DNA of 64,000 nt from an uncultured beta proteobacterium (GCA_903889565.1 CAISYC010000012.1:52626-116625), one strand, 5' to 3'; numbered from the stretch's first letter, positions 17,780 through 27,159 are shown. The notes: generated by a model not told the origin, from the sequence alone. Made by a program: numbers and translations.

Positions 17780-19489
17780 ATGGCCCGCCCCGAAAAAGTC
17801 CGCCTCGGCGAAATTCTCGTTCAGCAGAAACTGCTGACCGCCGAGCAGTTGAAACTCGCGCTCGATGAACAGAAACGCAGCGGCCGCAAGCTGGGCCGCG
17901 TGTTTATCGAACAGGGTTACGTCACCGAAGAGGAAATCTCCGAGGCGCTGGCCAAGCAGCTGCAGATTCCGTACATCAATCTGAAGTATTACAACGTCAA
18001 GCCCGACGTCGTGCAAAAGCTGCCGGAGACGCAGGCGCGGCGCTTCCGTGCGCTGCTGCTTGAAGACAACGCCAAGTCGTACAAGGTCGGCATGGCCGAC
18101 CCGACCGACCTCAACGCCTACGACGAAATTGCGCGCATTCTCAAACGCGAAATCGAAATTGCGGTGGTCATGGAGTCGCAGCTGCTCGAAGCGGTCGACC
18201 GCATTTACCGGCGCACCGGCGAAATCAGCGGCCTTGCGCAGGAACTCGGCGCCGAACTCGGCGACACCGCGGTCGATTTCGGCGCGCTCGCGGTAACGCC
18301 GGGGCTGGAAGAGGCGCCGGTCGTCAAGCTGCTGCAGTCGGTGTTCGAGGATGCGACCCAGGTGCGTGCCTCGGACATCCACATCGAACCGCAGGAAAAA
18401 AAGCTCGTCATCCGGTTCCGCATCGACGGCGTTCTGCACCTGCAGACCGAGGCCGACACCAAGATCGCCTCGGCGCTGGTGCTGCGTCTGAAGCTGATGT
18501 CGGGGCTCGATATCTCGGAAAAACGCCTGCCGCAGGACGGTCGCTTTAACGTCAAAATCCGCACCAGCATGGTCGATGTGCGTATCTCGACGATGCCGAC
18601 CCAGTACGGTGAATCGGTCGTCATGCGCCTGCTCAACCAGGGCGGTGGCATACTCACGCTCGACAAACTGGGCATGCCGCCCAAGATACTCGAGCGCATG
18701 CACGCGGTGCTGCGCCGGCCGAGCGGCATGCTACTGGTAACCGGCCCCACCGGCAGCGGCAAAACCACCACGCTCTATGCGGCCCTGGCCGAGCTGAACA
18801 CACCGGAACGAAAAATCATCACCGTTGAAGACCCGGTCGAATACCGCCTGCCCGGCATCAATCAGGTTCAGGTCCACGAAAAAATCGATCTCACCTTCGG
18901 TCGCGTGCTGCGCTCGGCATTGCGTCAGGATCCCGACGTCATTCTCGTCGGCGAAATGCGCGATCAGGAGACGGCGGAGACCGGCCTGCGTGCCGCCATG
19001 ACCGGCCACCTTGTGTTATCGACCCTGCATACCAACGATGCGGTGACCACGCCGATCCGCCTCCTCGACATGGGCGCGCCGCGCTACATGGTCGCCTTGT
19101 CGCTGCAGATGGTGCTCGCGCAGCGGCTGGTGCGGCTGGTCTGCGAGAGTTGCAGCGAAACCTACACGCTGCTGCCCGGCGAGCACGAATGGCTGTCGCA
19201 GGTGCTCGGCGCGAAAACCGACAATTACCGCTACGTTAAAGGCAAAGGCTGCTCGCATTGCAACGGCACCGGTTTCCTCGGCCGCACCGGCGTGTATGAA
19301 ATGCTCGAGATGAGCAAGGCGGTGGTCGAGGCGGCGAACCAGGAGGATCCCGCCCAGTTCATCGAGGTCGCCACGCGCGAGATCGGCGAACACACCTTGC
19401 GCGTTCACGCGACGCAACTTGTTGTCGATGGCAAGACCACAGTCGATGAGGCGATGCGCATCAGCAACGAATTCGAGGACGCGGCCTGA
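17780..19489 (+). CDS. mshE: MSHA-type pilus extension ATPase MshE (GspE/PilB family) with N-terminal MshEN domain
   Basis: Walker A GPTGSGKTTT, Asp/His boxes and a C-terminal tetracysteine (CESC..CSHC). The N-terminus has two 24-aa RLGxxLxxxxxLxxxxLxxALxxQ motifs. mshG follows directly. Confidence 0.88.
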   Translation: MARPEKVRLGEILVQQKLLTAEQLKLALDEQKRSGRKLGRVFIEQGYVTEEEISEALAKQLQIPYINLKYYNVKPDVVQKLPETQARRFRALLLEDNAKSYKVGMADPTDLNAYDEIARILKREIEIAVVMESQLLEAVDRIYRRTGEISGLAQELGAELGDTAVDFGALAVTPGLEEAPVVKLLQSVFEDATQVRASDIHIEPQEKKLVIRFRIDGVLHLQTEADTKIASALVLRLKLMSGLDISEKRLPQDGRFNVKIRTSMVDVRISTMPTQYGESVVMRLLNQGGGILTLDKLGMPPKILERMHAVLRRPSGMLLVTGPTGSGKTTTLYAALAELNTPERKIITVEDPVEYRLPGINQVQVHEKIDLTFGRVLRSALRQDPDVILVGEMRDQETAETGLRAAMTGHLVLSTLHTNDAVTTPIRLLDMGAPRYMVALSLQMVLAQRLVRLVCESCSETYTLLPGEHEWLSQVLGAKTDNYRYVKGKGCSHCNGTGFLGRTGVYEMLEMSKAVVEAANQEDPAQFIEVATREIGEHTLRVHATQLVVDGKTTVDEAMRISNEFEDAA

Positions 19490-20718
19490 TGCCGTATTTT
19501 GCATACAAGGGGCGCAACGCCGGCGGCGAGGCGGTGCAGGGCATACTCGAAGGCGGCGACAGCGGCGCGGTGGCGACCCAGCTGTTCAATACCGGCATCA
19601 CGCCGATCGAAATCCAGCCGTCGCGCAGCGCGCCGTCGGAATCGCTCGGCGAGACGTTCAAGCGCCTGTTGCGTTCGCGCATTCCCGAAGAGGACATCCT
19701 GCTGTTCAGCCGCCAGATGTATACCCTGCTCAAGGCGGGCGTGCCGATCATGCGCGCGCTGGCGGGGCTGGAGGAGTCGTCCGTCAATCCGCGGTTCAAG
19801 GAGGTGCTGCGCAGCGTGCGCGAGAACCTCGACAGCGGCCGCGAAGTGTCGGCCGCGCTGCAGCGGCAGGACGGCGTGTTCAGCCAGTTTTACATCAACA
19901 TGGTCAGGGTCGGCGAAATGACCGGCCAACTCGAAGAAATTTTTCTGCGCCTGTTTCACCATCTCGAGTTCGAGAATTTCATGCGCACGCAGGTCAAATC
20001 GGCGCTGCGTTACCCGAGTTTCGTGGTCGCCGCAATGGCGATTGCACTGGTGGTCATTAATCTGTTCGTGATCCCGGTCTTCGCCAAGGTGTTCAAGAGC
20101 TTCAACGCCAAGCTGCCGGCAATGACGCAGTTGTTGATCGATTTTTCGGATTTCATGGTGGCCTACTGGCCGGCGATACTGATTGCGCTCATTCTCGCCG
20201 TCTTCGCCTTCCGGTGGTGGGTGGGCACCGAACGCGGACGCTATCAGTGGGACAAATTCAAATTGCGCATCCCGATCGCGGGCAAGATCATCGTCAAGGC
20301 TACGCTGGCGCGATTCGCGCGCAGTTTTGCGCTGGCGAGCAAGAGCGGCGTGCCGGTGGTGCAGGCATTGACGACGGTGGCAGAGACGGTCGATAACGAT
20401 TACATCGCCGACAAGATCGCCCGCATGCGCGAAGGCGTCGAGCGCGGCGAGTCGGTTTTGCGCACCGCCGTCGCCTCGGGGATTTTCACGCCGGTCGTTT
20501 TGCAGATGATCGCGGTTGGCGAGGAGTCGGGCGCAATCGATGATCTGATGGGCGAAATTGCCGACATGTACCAGCGCGAGGTCGAATATGAACTGAAGTC
20601 GCTGAGCGCGCAGATCGAGCCGATATTGATCGTCGGTCTCGGCATCATGGTGCTGATCCTGGCCCTGGGCGTGTTTCTCCCGATGTGGGAGCTCGGGCAG
20701 GCGGCGATCAAAAGGTAG
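19489..20718 (+). CDS. mshG: MSHA-type pilus platform protein MshG (GspF/PilC family)
   Basis: 409 aa with two GspF-type repeats (SRQMYTLLKAGVPI..; FARSFALASKSGVPV..) and three transmembrane segments. The start overlaps the mshE stop. Confidence 0.88.
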   Translation: MPYFAYKGRNAGGEAVQGILEGGDSGAVATQLFNTGITPIEIQPSRSAPSESLGETFKRLLRSRIPEEDILLFSRQMYTLLKAGVPIMRALAGLEESSVNPRFKEVLRSVRENLDSGREVSAALQRQDGVFSQFYINMVRVGEMTGQLEEIFLRLFHHLEFENFMRTQVKSALRYPSFVVAAMAIALVVINLFVIPVFAKVFKSFNAKLPAMTQLLIDFSDFMVAYWPAILIALILAVFAFRWWVGTERGRYQWDKFKLRIPIAGKIIVKATLARFARSFALASKSGVPVVQALTTVAETVDNDYIADKIARMREGVERGESVLRTAVASGIFTPVVLQMIAVGEESGAIDDLMGEIADMYQREVEYELKSLSAQIEPILIVGLGIMVLILALGVFLPMWELGQAAIKR

Positions 20719-20720
20719 GC

Positions 20721-21236
20721 ATGAGAAACGATATCCGGAAATTGCGCGGTTTTACCTTGCTCGAACTGGTCGTGGTCATCTCGATCATCGGCATCCTGGG
20801 CATCATGTTGACCGAACGGCTGCAGCGCTATGCCGGGCTGGCGGAAAAAACCTCGATGGAATACACCGCCAACATCGTCAATACCGCGCTGCTGTTCGAA
20901 TTCGTAACGCGGCTGACGAAAGGCCGGCGTGGCGATATTACGTCGCTGGTTGACGTGAATCCGGTCAAATTGCTTGCCCAGAAGCCGCCCAATTACCTTG
21001 GCGAGTTTCGCGACCCGCCGGTCGGCGAGCAATTCGAGGGTAACTGGTACTACGACCTCGAGCACCGCGAACTCGTCTATCTGGTGCGGCGCGGCGACGA
21101 TTTCAAGGCGGACAGTTCGGGGAAAAAGCGCGTGCGCTACCACATCGAGTTGCTGTATGACGAACTTGAGCCCGGCGCCGGCAAAAGCCTGACGGGTGCG
21201 GTGCTGGTGCCGGTCGAGGCTTATTCGTGGCTTTGA
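20721..21236 (+). CDS. Prepilin-type N-terminal cleavage/methylation domain protein in the MshF position
   Basis: MRNDIRKLRG|FTLLELVVVISIIGIL is a class III signal with Gly-1 and Glu+5. The gene starts 3 nt after mshG. Confidence 0.7.
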   Translation: MRNDIRKLRGFTLLELVVVISIIGILGIMLTERLQRYAGLAEKTSMEYTANIVNTALLFEFVTRLTKGRRGDITSLVDVNPVKLLAQKPPNYLGEFRDPPVGEQFEGNWYYDLEHRELVYLVRRGDDFKADSSGKKRVRYHIELLYDELEPGAGKSLTGAVLVPVEAYSWL

Positions 21237-21323
21237 CGGAACGAATGCGGATAAAACGACCCTAATAAGTGAGAAATCGGCGTGATTTGCCGATTTTGTG
21301 ACGCAAGTCACAGCTCGCCGTGT

Positions 21324-21339
21324 TGGCACGGAGCTTGCT
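21324..21339 (+). promoter_or_regulatory. Sigma-54 (RpoN) -24/-12 promoter for the major pilin gene
   Basis: TGGCACG-GAGC-TTGCT is an exact match to TGGCACG-N4-TTGCW. It lies 85 nt upstream of the pilin ATG. Confidence 0.75.
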
Positions 21340-21423
21340 GTAATGTCTGGTGTTAAAATGGCATTGATGGTCGGCTAGACCGGCGGGTGCAAAATTGGTT
21401 GTAGCTATTTACTGGAGATTCAA

Positions 21424-21888
21424 ATGAAAAGAAGTCAAAAAGGTTTTACCTTGATCGAATTGGTGGTTGTGATCGTCATTCTGGGCATCCTCGCCGCGAC
21501 CGCGTTGCCGCGTTTCGTCAATTTGGCAGGTGATTCGCGTGCGGCGGTCATGAACGGTGTTAACGGCTCGATGCAGGCTGCCAACGCATTGATCTATGCG
21601 AAGGCCAACGCGCTCGGCATTCCGATGACGGCGGGCCAAACGCTGACGGCAGCGCAATTGGGAACGACGGCCAACGTGACTATCAACTTTGGTTATGCTG
21701 CGAACGCCACCAATCTGGCGCTGGTCATGAGCTTGCAACCGGCGGCGAACTTTACGGTGACTGCGGCGGCAATTCAGGCCGCGCAGGCCGCAGTTCCCGG
21801 AAACTGCCAGGTGGCGTACACACCGGCGGCGAGTGCGACGACGCCGCCCGTATACATTGCCACAATCAGTTCGGCCGGCTGCCAGTAA
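21424..21888 (+). CDS. mshA: MSHA-type major pilin
   Basis: MKRSQKG|FTLIELVVVIVILGILAATALPRF, 154 aa, with a C-terminal Cys pair (CQV...AGCQ). GGAG ribosome-binding site. Flanked by its own promoter and terminator. Confidence 0.85.
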   Translation: MKRSQKGFTLIELVVVIVILGILAATALPRFVNLAGDSRAAVMNGVNGSMQAANALIYAKANALGIPMTAGQTLTAAQLGTTANVTINFGYAANATNLALVMSLQPAANFTVTAAAIQAAQAAVPGNCQVAYTPAASATTPPVYIATISSAGCQ

Positions 21889-21909
21889 TCCGCAGCGGTT
21901 GGCAAAATG

Positions 21910-21947
21910 GGCGTCACGCGGGGCAACTTGCGTGACGCTTGTTTTTT
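21910..21947 (+). terminator. Rho-independent terminator/attenuator after the major pilin gene
   Basis: Perfect 9-bp stem GCGTCACGC / GCGTGACGC, 10-nt loop, then TTGTTTTTT. Confidence 0.75.
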
Positions 21948-21960
21948 GCGGCCACGATTC

Positions 21961-22419
21961 ATGCGCAATGCGCGCAACTATTCATCGGGATTCTCGCTCG
22001 TCGAACTGATCACGATCGTCATCGTGCTCGGCATTCTCGCCGCGGTGGCGGTGCCGCAGTTGAGCGTAACCAAGCAGACCTACGATGACCTCGGTTTTTA
22101 TGACGGCACGCGCGGAATTTTGCGGTACGCGCAAAAATCGGCGATCGCCAAACGCCGCACCGTGTGCGTCGCATTTACCGCGACCAGCGTCACCCTGACG
22201 TTTGCGACCGCCGCCGGTTCGGCGGTTTGCAATGCCAATCTGATCGGCCCCGGTGGTGAAAACCCCTACACGATCACGGCGGCATCATCAACTTACGCGC
22301 CGGCGCCGGCCAACTTCACGTTCAATTCGCTGGGTCAGCCCAGTCTCGCGCAGGTGATCACGTTCGCCAGCGGCTCGACGGCAGTGACGGTCAATGCGGA
22401 CACGGGCTATGTCCAGTAG
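21961..22419 (+). CDS. Minor pilin, GspH/FimT-like (MshC position)
   Basis: MRNARNYSSG|FSLVELITIVIVLGILAAVAVP. The start at 21961 lies beyond the terminator. Confidence 0.75.
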   Translation: MRNARNYSSGFSLVELITIVIVLGILAAVAVPQLSVTKQTYDDLGFYDGTRGILRYAQKSAIAKRRTVCVAFTATSVTLTFATAAGSAVCNANLIGPGGENPYTITAASSTYAPAPANFTFNSLGQPSLAQVITFASGSTAVTVNADTGYVQ

Positions 22420-22900
22420 TGGACGCGCTCCGCGCCGAATCCGCCGCGCCGGTTTCTCGCTGGTGGAGGCGGTGGTGTCGCTGGTGATTCTCGGCGCCGG
22501 ACTCGCCGCCCTGCTCGGGCCTATCGTGACCGCAACCCAGCACAGCGGCGACCCGATGGTGCGCAAACAAACGCTCGCCATCGCCGAAGCGCTGCTCGAT
22601 GAGATCGAGGCGAAACCGTTCGCCAATCCGCCGGGCGGTTTTGTCGGTGCGCCGACAACGGCGAATCGCCCGCTGTTCGACGACATCGGCGATTACAACG
22701 GTTTCACCAGCGCCGGCATTTTTACCATCGACGGAGCGGCGATACCGGCGCTCGCCAACTACAACGTGACGGCGGTTGCCGTCACACCCACCGCGCTCGG
22801 CGCGATCACGGCGGCGAACGCGTCATTGATCACGGTTACGGTGACCGGCCCGGGCGGCGAGGCCGTTTCGCTGTCCGGCTTCCGCACGAATTATTTCTGA
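22409..22900 (+). CDS. Minor pilin (MshD position)
   Basis: ...RRIRRAG|FSLVEAVVSLVILGAGLAAL. Overlaps the preceding gene by 11 nt. Confidence 0.7.
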   Translation: MSSSGRAPRRIRRAGFSLVEAVVSLVILGAGLAALLGPIVTATQHSGDPMVRKQTLAIAEALLDEIEAKPFANPPGGFVGAPTTANRPLFDDIGDYNGFTSAGIFTIDGAAIPALANYNVTAVAVTPTALGAITAANASLITVTVTGPGGEAVSLSGFRTNYF

Positions 22901-22910
22901 TGATGAAGCC

Positions 22911-23786
22911 ATGACGGCCCCGCCGATTTTTCAGCGCGCATTCACGCTGGTGGAACTGGTGATCGTGCTCGCCGTCACCGGCGCCATGGTCGCCGCAGTC
23001 GCGCTTTTTCTGCGCTGGCCGTTCCAGGCCTATCTCGATACCGCGCGGCGCGCGGAGATCAGCGACATTGCCGACACCGCGTTGCGGCGCATCGGGCGCG
23101 ACCTGCACATCGCCCTGCCGAACAGCGTGCGCGTTGCCAATGCCGGCGGCGCGACCTATCTTGAAATGCTGCCGACGATTACCGGCGGCCGTTATCGCGC
23201 CGCGGTCGATAACACCGGTGCGGGCGATATTCTCGATTTCACCGCGGCCGATACCAGTTTCGACATGTTCGGGCCGTTCAGCGCGCAGCCCGGGCAGACG
23301 CCCGTTGCCGGCAATCTGGTCGTGGTCTACAACCTCGGCGCGGCGTCGCCGGGCGCCGATGCCTACAGCGGCAGCAATACCAATGTGATCGCCAGTACCG
23401 GCGCCGGCACGCTGCCGAACGAAAGCAAGATCAATTTCGGACCCGGCGCGCAACGCTTTCCGCTGGCCTCGCCCGGAAATACTTTTCAGGTCATCAGCAC
23501 CCCGGTCACCTATACTTGCACGCCGGGGGCAGTCAATGCCGCCGGCGACGGCACCGGTACGCTAACGCGCACGTTTGGCTACGGCATTACCGCCGGCCAA
23601 CCAGCGCCGCCTGCCGGCGGCACGATCGCGTTGCTGGCGAATTTCGTGACCGCCTGCGCCATTACCTATACGCAGGCGGGCAGTGCGACGTCGCGCAATG
23701 CCATTGTGTCGCTGCAGATTTCAATCACGCGTTCGAATGAAACGGTGAGCCTCTACGATGAAGTGCACGTCAGCAATGCGCCGTGA
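22911..23786 (+). CDS. MshO-like pilus minor component
   Basis: MTAPPIFQRA|FTLVELVIVLAVTGAMVAAV is pilin-like, but with Ala rather than Gly at -1. Size and position match MshO. Confidence 0.65.
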   Translation: MTAPPIFQRAFTLVELVIVLAVTGAMVAAVALFLRWPFQAYLDTARRAEISDIADTALRRIGRDLHIALPNSVRVANAGGATYLEMLPTITGGRYRAAVDNTGAGDILDFTAADTSFDMFGPFSAQPGQTPVAGNLVVVYNLGAASPGADAYSGSNTNVIASTGAGTLPNESKINFGPGAQRFPLASPGNTFQVISTPVTYTCTPGAVNAAGDGTGTLTRTFGYGITAGQPAPPAGGTIALLANFVTACAITYTQAGSATSRNAIVSLQISITRSNETVSLYDEVHVSNAP

Positions 23787-24201
23787 GCGCGGCATGAGTC
23801 TGATCACGGCGGTATTTCTGCTGGTGATCATGTCGGCGCTCGCTTTGTATATCACGAGCATCTCGACCGTTGCGCATTCCGACTCGGCGATTGATGTGCA
23901 AGGCAGCCGCGCCTATCACGCCGCGCGCGCCGGCCTCGAATTCGGCGCCTATCAGGCGATCGTCGCCGGTTCCTGCGTACCGGTGAATCTGGCGTTGCCG
24001 GCGGCGAGTTTTGACGGCTTTACCAGTGTCACCGTTACCTGTTTGAATACACCGCACACCGAGGGTGTCACCGCCAAGGCTTTCTACCAGATCACCGCCA
24101 ACGCCTGTAACCAGCCGGCGGCGGGCGCATGTCCGAATCCGGCGCCGGGGGCCAATTATGTTGAACGCGAATTGCAGATCAGTGTAATCAATCCGCCATG
24201 A
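23776..24201 (+). CDS. MshP-like pilus minor component (no Glu+5)
   Basis: MRRERGMSLITAVFLLVIMSALALYI, a PilX/GspK-like N-terminus. Lies between the MshO-like and MshQ-like genes. Alternative starts at 23758 and 23794. Confidence 0.6.
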   Translation: MRRERGMSLITAVFLLVIMSALALYITSISTVAHSDSAIDVQGSRAYHAARAGLEFGAYQAIVAGSCVPVNLALPAASFDGFTSVTVTCLNTPHTEGVTAKAFYQITANACNQPAAGACPNPAPGANYVERELQISVINPP

Positions 24202-27092
24202 TGACCCGTCTTCAAAGTAGTGCCGGCGGCGTGCCGGCGACAATGCGCCTCACCGCATCGAGGCTGCGCAATGGCGGCGTGCATTTGCTCGTCGCTATTG
24301 CGTCGCTGCTCGCGTTGAGTGCAGGCGCGGCGAACGCGGCGTCCTACAGCTACACCACCACCACTTTCGCGTGGCATGACCCGATTGCATCGGGCGACAC
24401 GCGTATCAGCACGAATCCGGCCGTGGTTGCGCAGGTTCCCGCGCCGCCGGCGCCGTACTGGCCGAATCCCGCAAACTGCTCGGGTTATTGCGACAACCTC
24501 GGCGACGATGCGTTAAGCGCACCGATCAATATCGGCTTCACGTTCAATTTCGCCGGCACCAACTACACGCAGTTGCAGATCCAGAGCAATGGCCGTTTGC
24601 AGTTCAACAACAATTACAGCTATTACGGCACTCAAAACATCGGTTCGTACGGCGTCAATCCGAGTCCGCCGCCGCCGTGGATCTGGAGTGGATCGAATCC
24701 GCGCCAATATACGATTACGCTGCCGAATGCCTCGATGAACAACACGATGCAGGTTTACGGCACCGACGTCGATACCAGTCCCAACGGTTCGGGCGGCGGC
24801 CCGAGTCCGACCGGCTGCAGTCCGTCGGTCAGCATTCCGACTGTCGGCAACAATTACGTGCAGGGCAAATGCGGCGTGTATTACGCGCAGTTGCCGGCGG
24901 GCTGCACCGCCGGCGTCAATTGCAGCCAGTTCGTCGTCACGTGGCTGAACGTGCCGGACTGGGGTGACGCCACCAGCTCTTACAACTTTCAGGCCATACT
25001 GAACTCCAACGGCACCTTTATTTACCAGTACAACACCAGCGTCAATCCCGAATTCGGCCAGGCCAACGTCGGCTATCAAGGCGCATCGGTGGCGGATTAC
25101 GTGAACTATGTGTATCCGGGCCCGACTTCGCCGTATTCCGGCGGTATCGCTTCGCTGGCGGGCACCGCCGTGTTGTGGGGCACTGTGCCATCGACGACCG
25201 TCGGCAAGTTCAATGCGTTCGAAACCGTTACTGCGGCAACCAAGGTAACCGGCTTCATCAACACCAAGGTCGCGGCAACGGGATTCACGCTCGCACTGGT
25301 GGCCAACAACGGCGGCGTGCAGGACAACACATTTACCGGCAACGTGACCGTTGACCTGCTGGGCAATACGGCGCTTGGCGTGCCGCTTGATGCCGCCAAC
25401 TGCCCGACCAGTTCCTCGACAGTGCTGGCGGCATTCACGGCGACGATCACCGCCGGCCGCTCGAACGTCGCATTTGCCGCGGTGCCGAATGTGTGGCAGG
25501 ACGTGCGTGTTCGCATTCGTTATCCGGTCGGCGGACCCTACACGACCACCATCTGTTCGACCGACAACTTTGCGATCCGGCCGAGCGCGCTGACGGTGAG
25601 CGCGCAGGACGCAACCTGGACCACGGCCGGCATCGTGCGCACGCTGGCCAACGCGGCGACCGCCGGCGGAATCGTCCATCAGGCCGGCGCGCCATTCACC
25701 GTCGCCGTCAGCGTGCTGCCCGCGACTGCGACCAATTACAACGGCAGTCCGACCGTGGTCTCGGCCAACTGCACGGTGCTGGCCGGCATGAGCGGCTGCA
25801 ATCCCGGTGTGCTGGCGCTGCCCGGCGGCGCCGCCTGGGTTGCGGGAAATCCGCTGGTCAATAACACGGCGTCGTACAGCGAAGCCGGCGTGTTCGACCT
25901 GACGCTGGAGGATCACAATTTCGCGAGTGTGGACGCGGCCGATGGCGAATCGGCGGCCGTGCTGACGGTGCCGCAGTCGGGCGGTGCGGCGACGATCGGG
26001 CGCTTTGTGCCGGCGAGCTTCACCGTGACCGCAGGAACCGCGCCGGTATTCAGAACTTTTAATACTACCGACGCGCTGTGCAATGCGGCAGCTGTGGCGC
26101 CCAAGCGCAGCTTCACCTATATCGGTCAGCCATTCGGTTATGCGACCGCGCCGACTGTCACGGTGACGGCGGTCAATCTGGCCGGCACGACCACCACCAA
26201 TTACCGCGGTTCGTTGTGGAAGCTGGTGGCATCGCCGCCGGCGGCGACAGTGACCTGCCCGTCATCGAATGTTTGCAATGCCACCGTCGGCAGCGTAATC
26301 GAGGGCTACACTGACAGCGGCGGCAAAGCCTGGGACAGTTCGCAATTTTCGATTGCCCCGACGACGGTGACGCCCGGCACCGGTACCGGCACGATCACGC
26401 TGAACGCTGCCGATGCGGTCGCCTATTTGCGCAGCGTGAATGCACCGGTGGTGCCGTTCAACGCCAATATTTCGCTCAACGTGTCTGTGCAGGACACGAG
26501 TGAAGCGGTGCTTAACGGCACCATCGTGACGACCGGCGGCGGTGCGACATTTAATGGCGGCGGCGCCGGCGTGCTGTTCGACGGCGGCGGGGCCGCTCTG
26601 GGTACCGAGTTCCGTTACGGGCGGCTGCAACTGGCGAATGCCAACGGCTCCGAGTTGCTGCCGTTGTCGATGCGCATGACCACGCAGTACTTCGCTGTGA
26701 ATGCCGGTTTTGTCGACAACACTGCCGACAACTGCACGACAATTGCCAATGCCAATATCGGTTTCGCCAATTATCAATTGAACCTGACGGCGGGTGCGAC
26801 GACCGCGGCGATGCCGGCCGGGGCATTTCTCGGCGGCGTCAAAAACCTGACCTTGTCAGCGCCGGGCGCCAACAAGTACGGCGCGGTGGACGTGGTGGTC
26901 GATCTGGGCTTCCCGCTCAACACCTGCACCGCGCTGGTGCCGCTGCCGGTGCCGACCGTCGCCAACCTGCCGTATTTGCGCAATTTGCAGTATTGCAGCG
27001 GCGGAAATTACGACCGTGATCCGACCGCGCACGCGACCTTTGGCGGTTACGGGGTCAACCGGAATTTCATTTATCTGCGCGAGAACTATTAG
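24198..27092 (+). CDS. MshQ-like large secreted pilus-associated protein (putative adhesin)
   Basis: 964 aa with a signal peptide (LLVAIASLLALSAGAANA) and a Thr/Asn/Ala/Gly-rich, beta-rich composition. Last gene of the structural block, with an ATGA overlap onto the mshP-like gene. The call rests mainly on position and size. Confidence 0.6.
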   Translation: MMTRLQSSAGGVPATMRLTASRLRNGGVHLLVAIASLLALSAGAANAASYSYTTTTFAWHDPIASGDTRISTNPAVVAQVPAPPAPYWPNPANCSGYCDNLGDDALSAPINIGFTFNFAGTNYTQLQIQSNGRLQFNNNYSYYGTQNIGSYGVNPSPPPPWIWSGSNPRQYTITLPNASMNNTMQVYGTDVDTSPNGSGGGPSPTGCSPSVSIPTVGNNYVQGKCGVYYAQLPAGCTAGVNCSQFVVTWLNVPDWGDATSSYNFQAILNSNGTFIYQYNTSVNPEFGQANVGYQGASVADYVNYVYPGPTSPYSGGIASLAGTAVLWGTVPSTTVGKFNAFETVTAATKVTGFINTKVAATGFTLALVANNGGVQDNTFTGNVTVDLLGNTALGVPLDAANCPTSSSTVLAAFTATITAGRSNVAFAAVPNVWQDVRVRIRYPVGGPYTTTICSTDNFAIRPSALTVSAQDATWTTAGIVRTLANAATAGGIVHQAGAPFTVAVSVLPATATNYNGSPTVVSANCTVLAGMSGCNPGVLALPGGAAWVAGNPLVNNTASYSEAGVFDLTLEDHNFASVDAADGESAAVLTVPQSGGAATIGRFVPASFTVTAGTAPVFRTFNTTDALCNAAAVAPKRSFTYIGQPFGYATAPTVTVTAVNLAGTTTTNYRGSLWKLVASPPAATVTCPSSNVCNATVGSVIEGYTDSGGKAWDSSQFSIAPTTVTPGTGTGTITLNAADAVAYLRSVNAPVVPFNANISLNVSVQDTSEAVLNGTIVTTGGGATFNGGGAGVLFDGGGAALGTEFRYGRLQLANANGSELLPLSMRMTTQYFAVNAGFVDNTADNCTTIANANIGFANYQLNLTAGATTAAMPAGAFLGGVKNLTLSAPGANKYGAVDVVVDLGFPLNTCTALVPLPVPTVANLPYLRNLQYCSGGNYDRDPTAHATFGGYGVNRNFIYLRENY

Positions 27093-27130
27093 GACCGGCA
27101 TAATGCGTTGAGCATGCCGCCGGATTCACA

Positions 27131-27159
27131 TTGACAAGCGGAAGTGCTTAATTTAATTT
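27131..27159 (+). promoter_or_regulatory. Candidate sigma-70 promoter for the mshI-N block
   Basis: TTGACA (27131-27136), a 17-nt spacer, then TAATTT (27154-27159), in the 94-nt AT-rich gap after mshQ. Confidence 0.4.

Noticed and set aside
17750-18703. 317-aa minus-strand ORF opposite mshE.
   Set aside because: Antisense to a gene with unmistakable GspE-family motifs, and Arg/Asp/Leu-rich with no motifs. A shadow ORF.
24513-25916. 467-aa minus-strand ORF inside mshQ, plus several 60-170-aa ORFs in the same region.
   Set aside because: Antisense or out of frame relative to the long signal-peptide-bearing MshQ-like ORF, with no start context.
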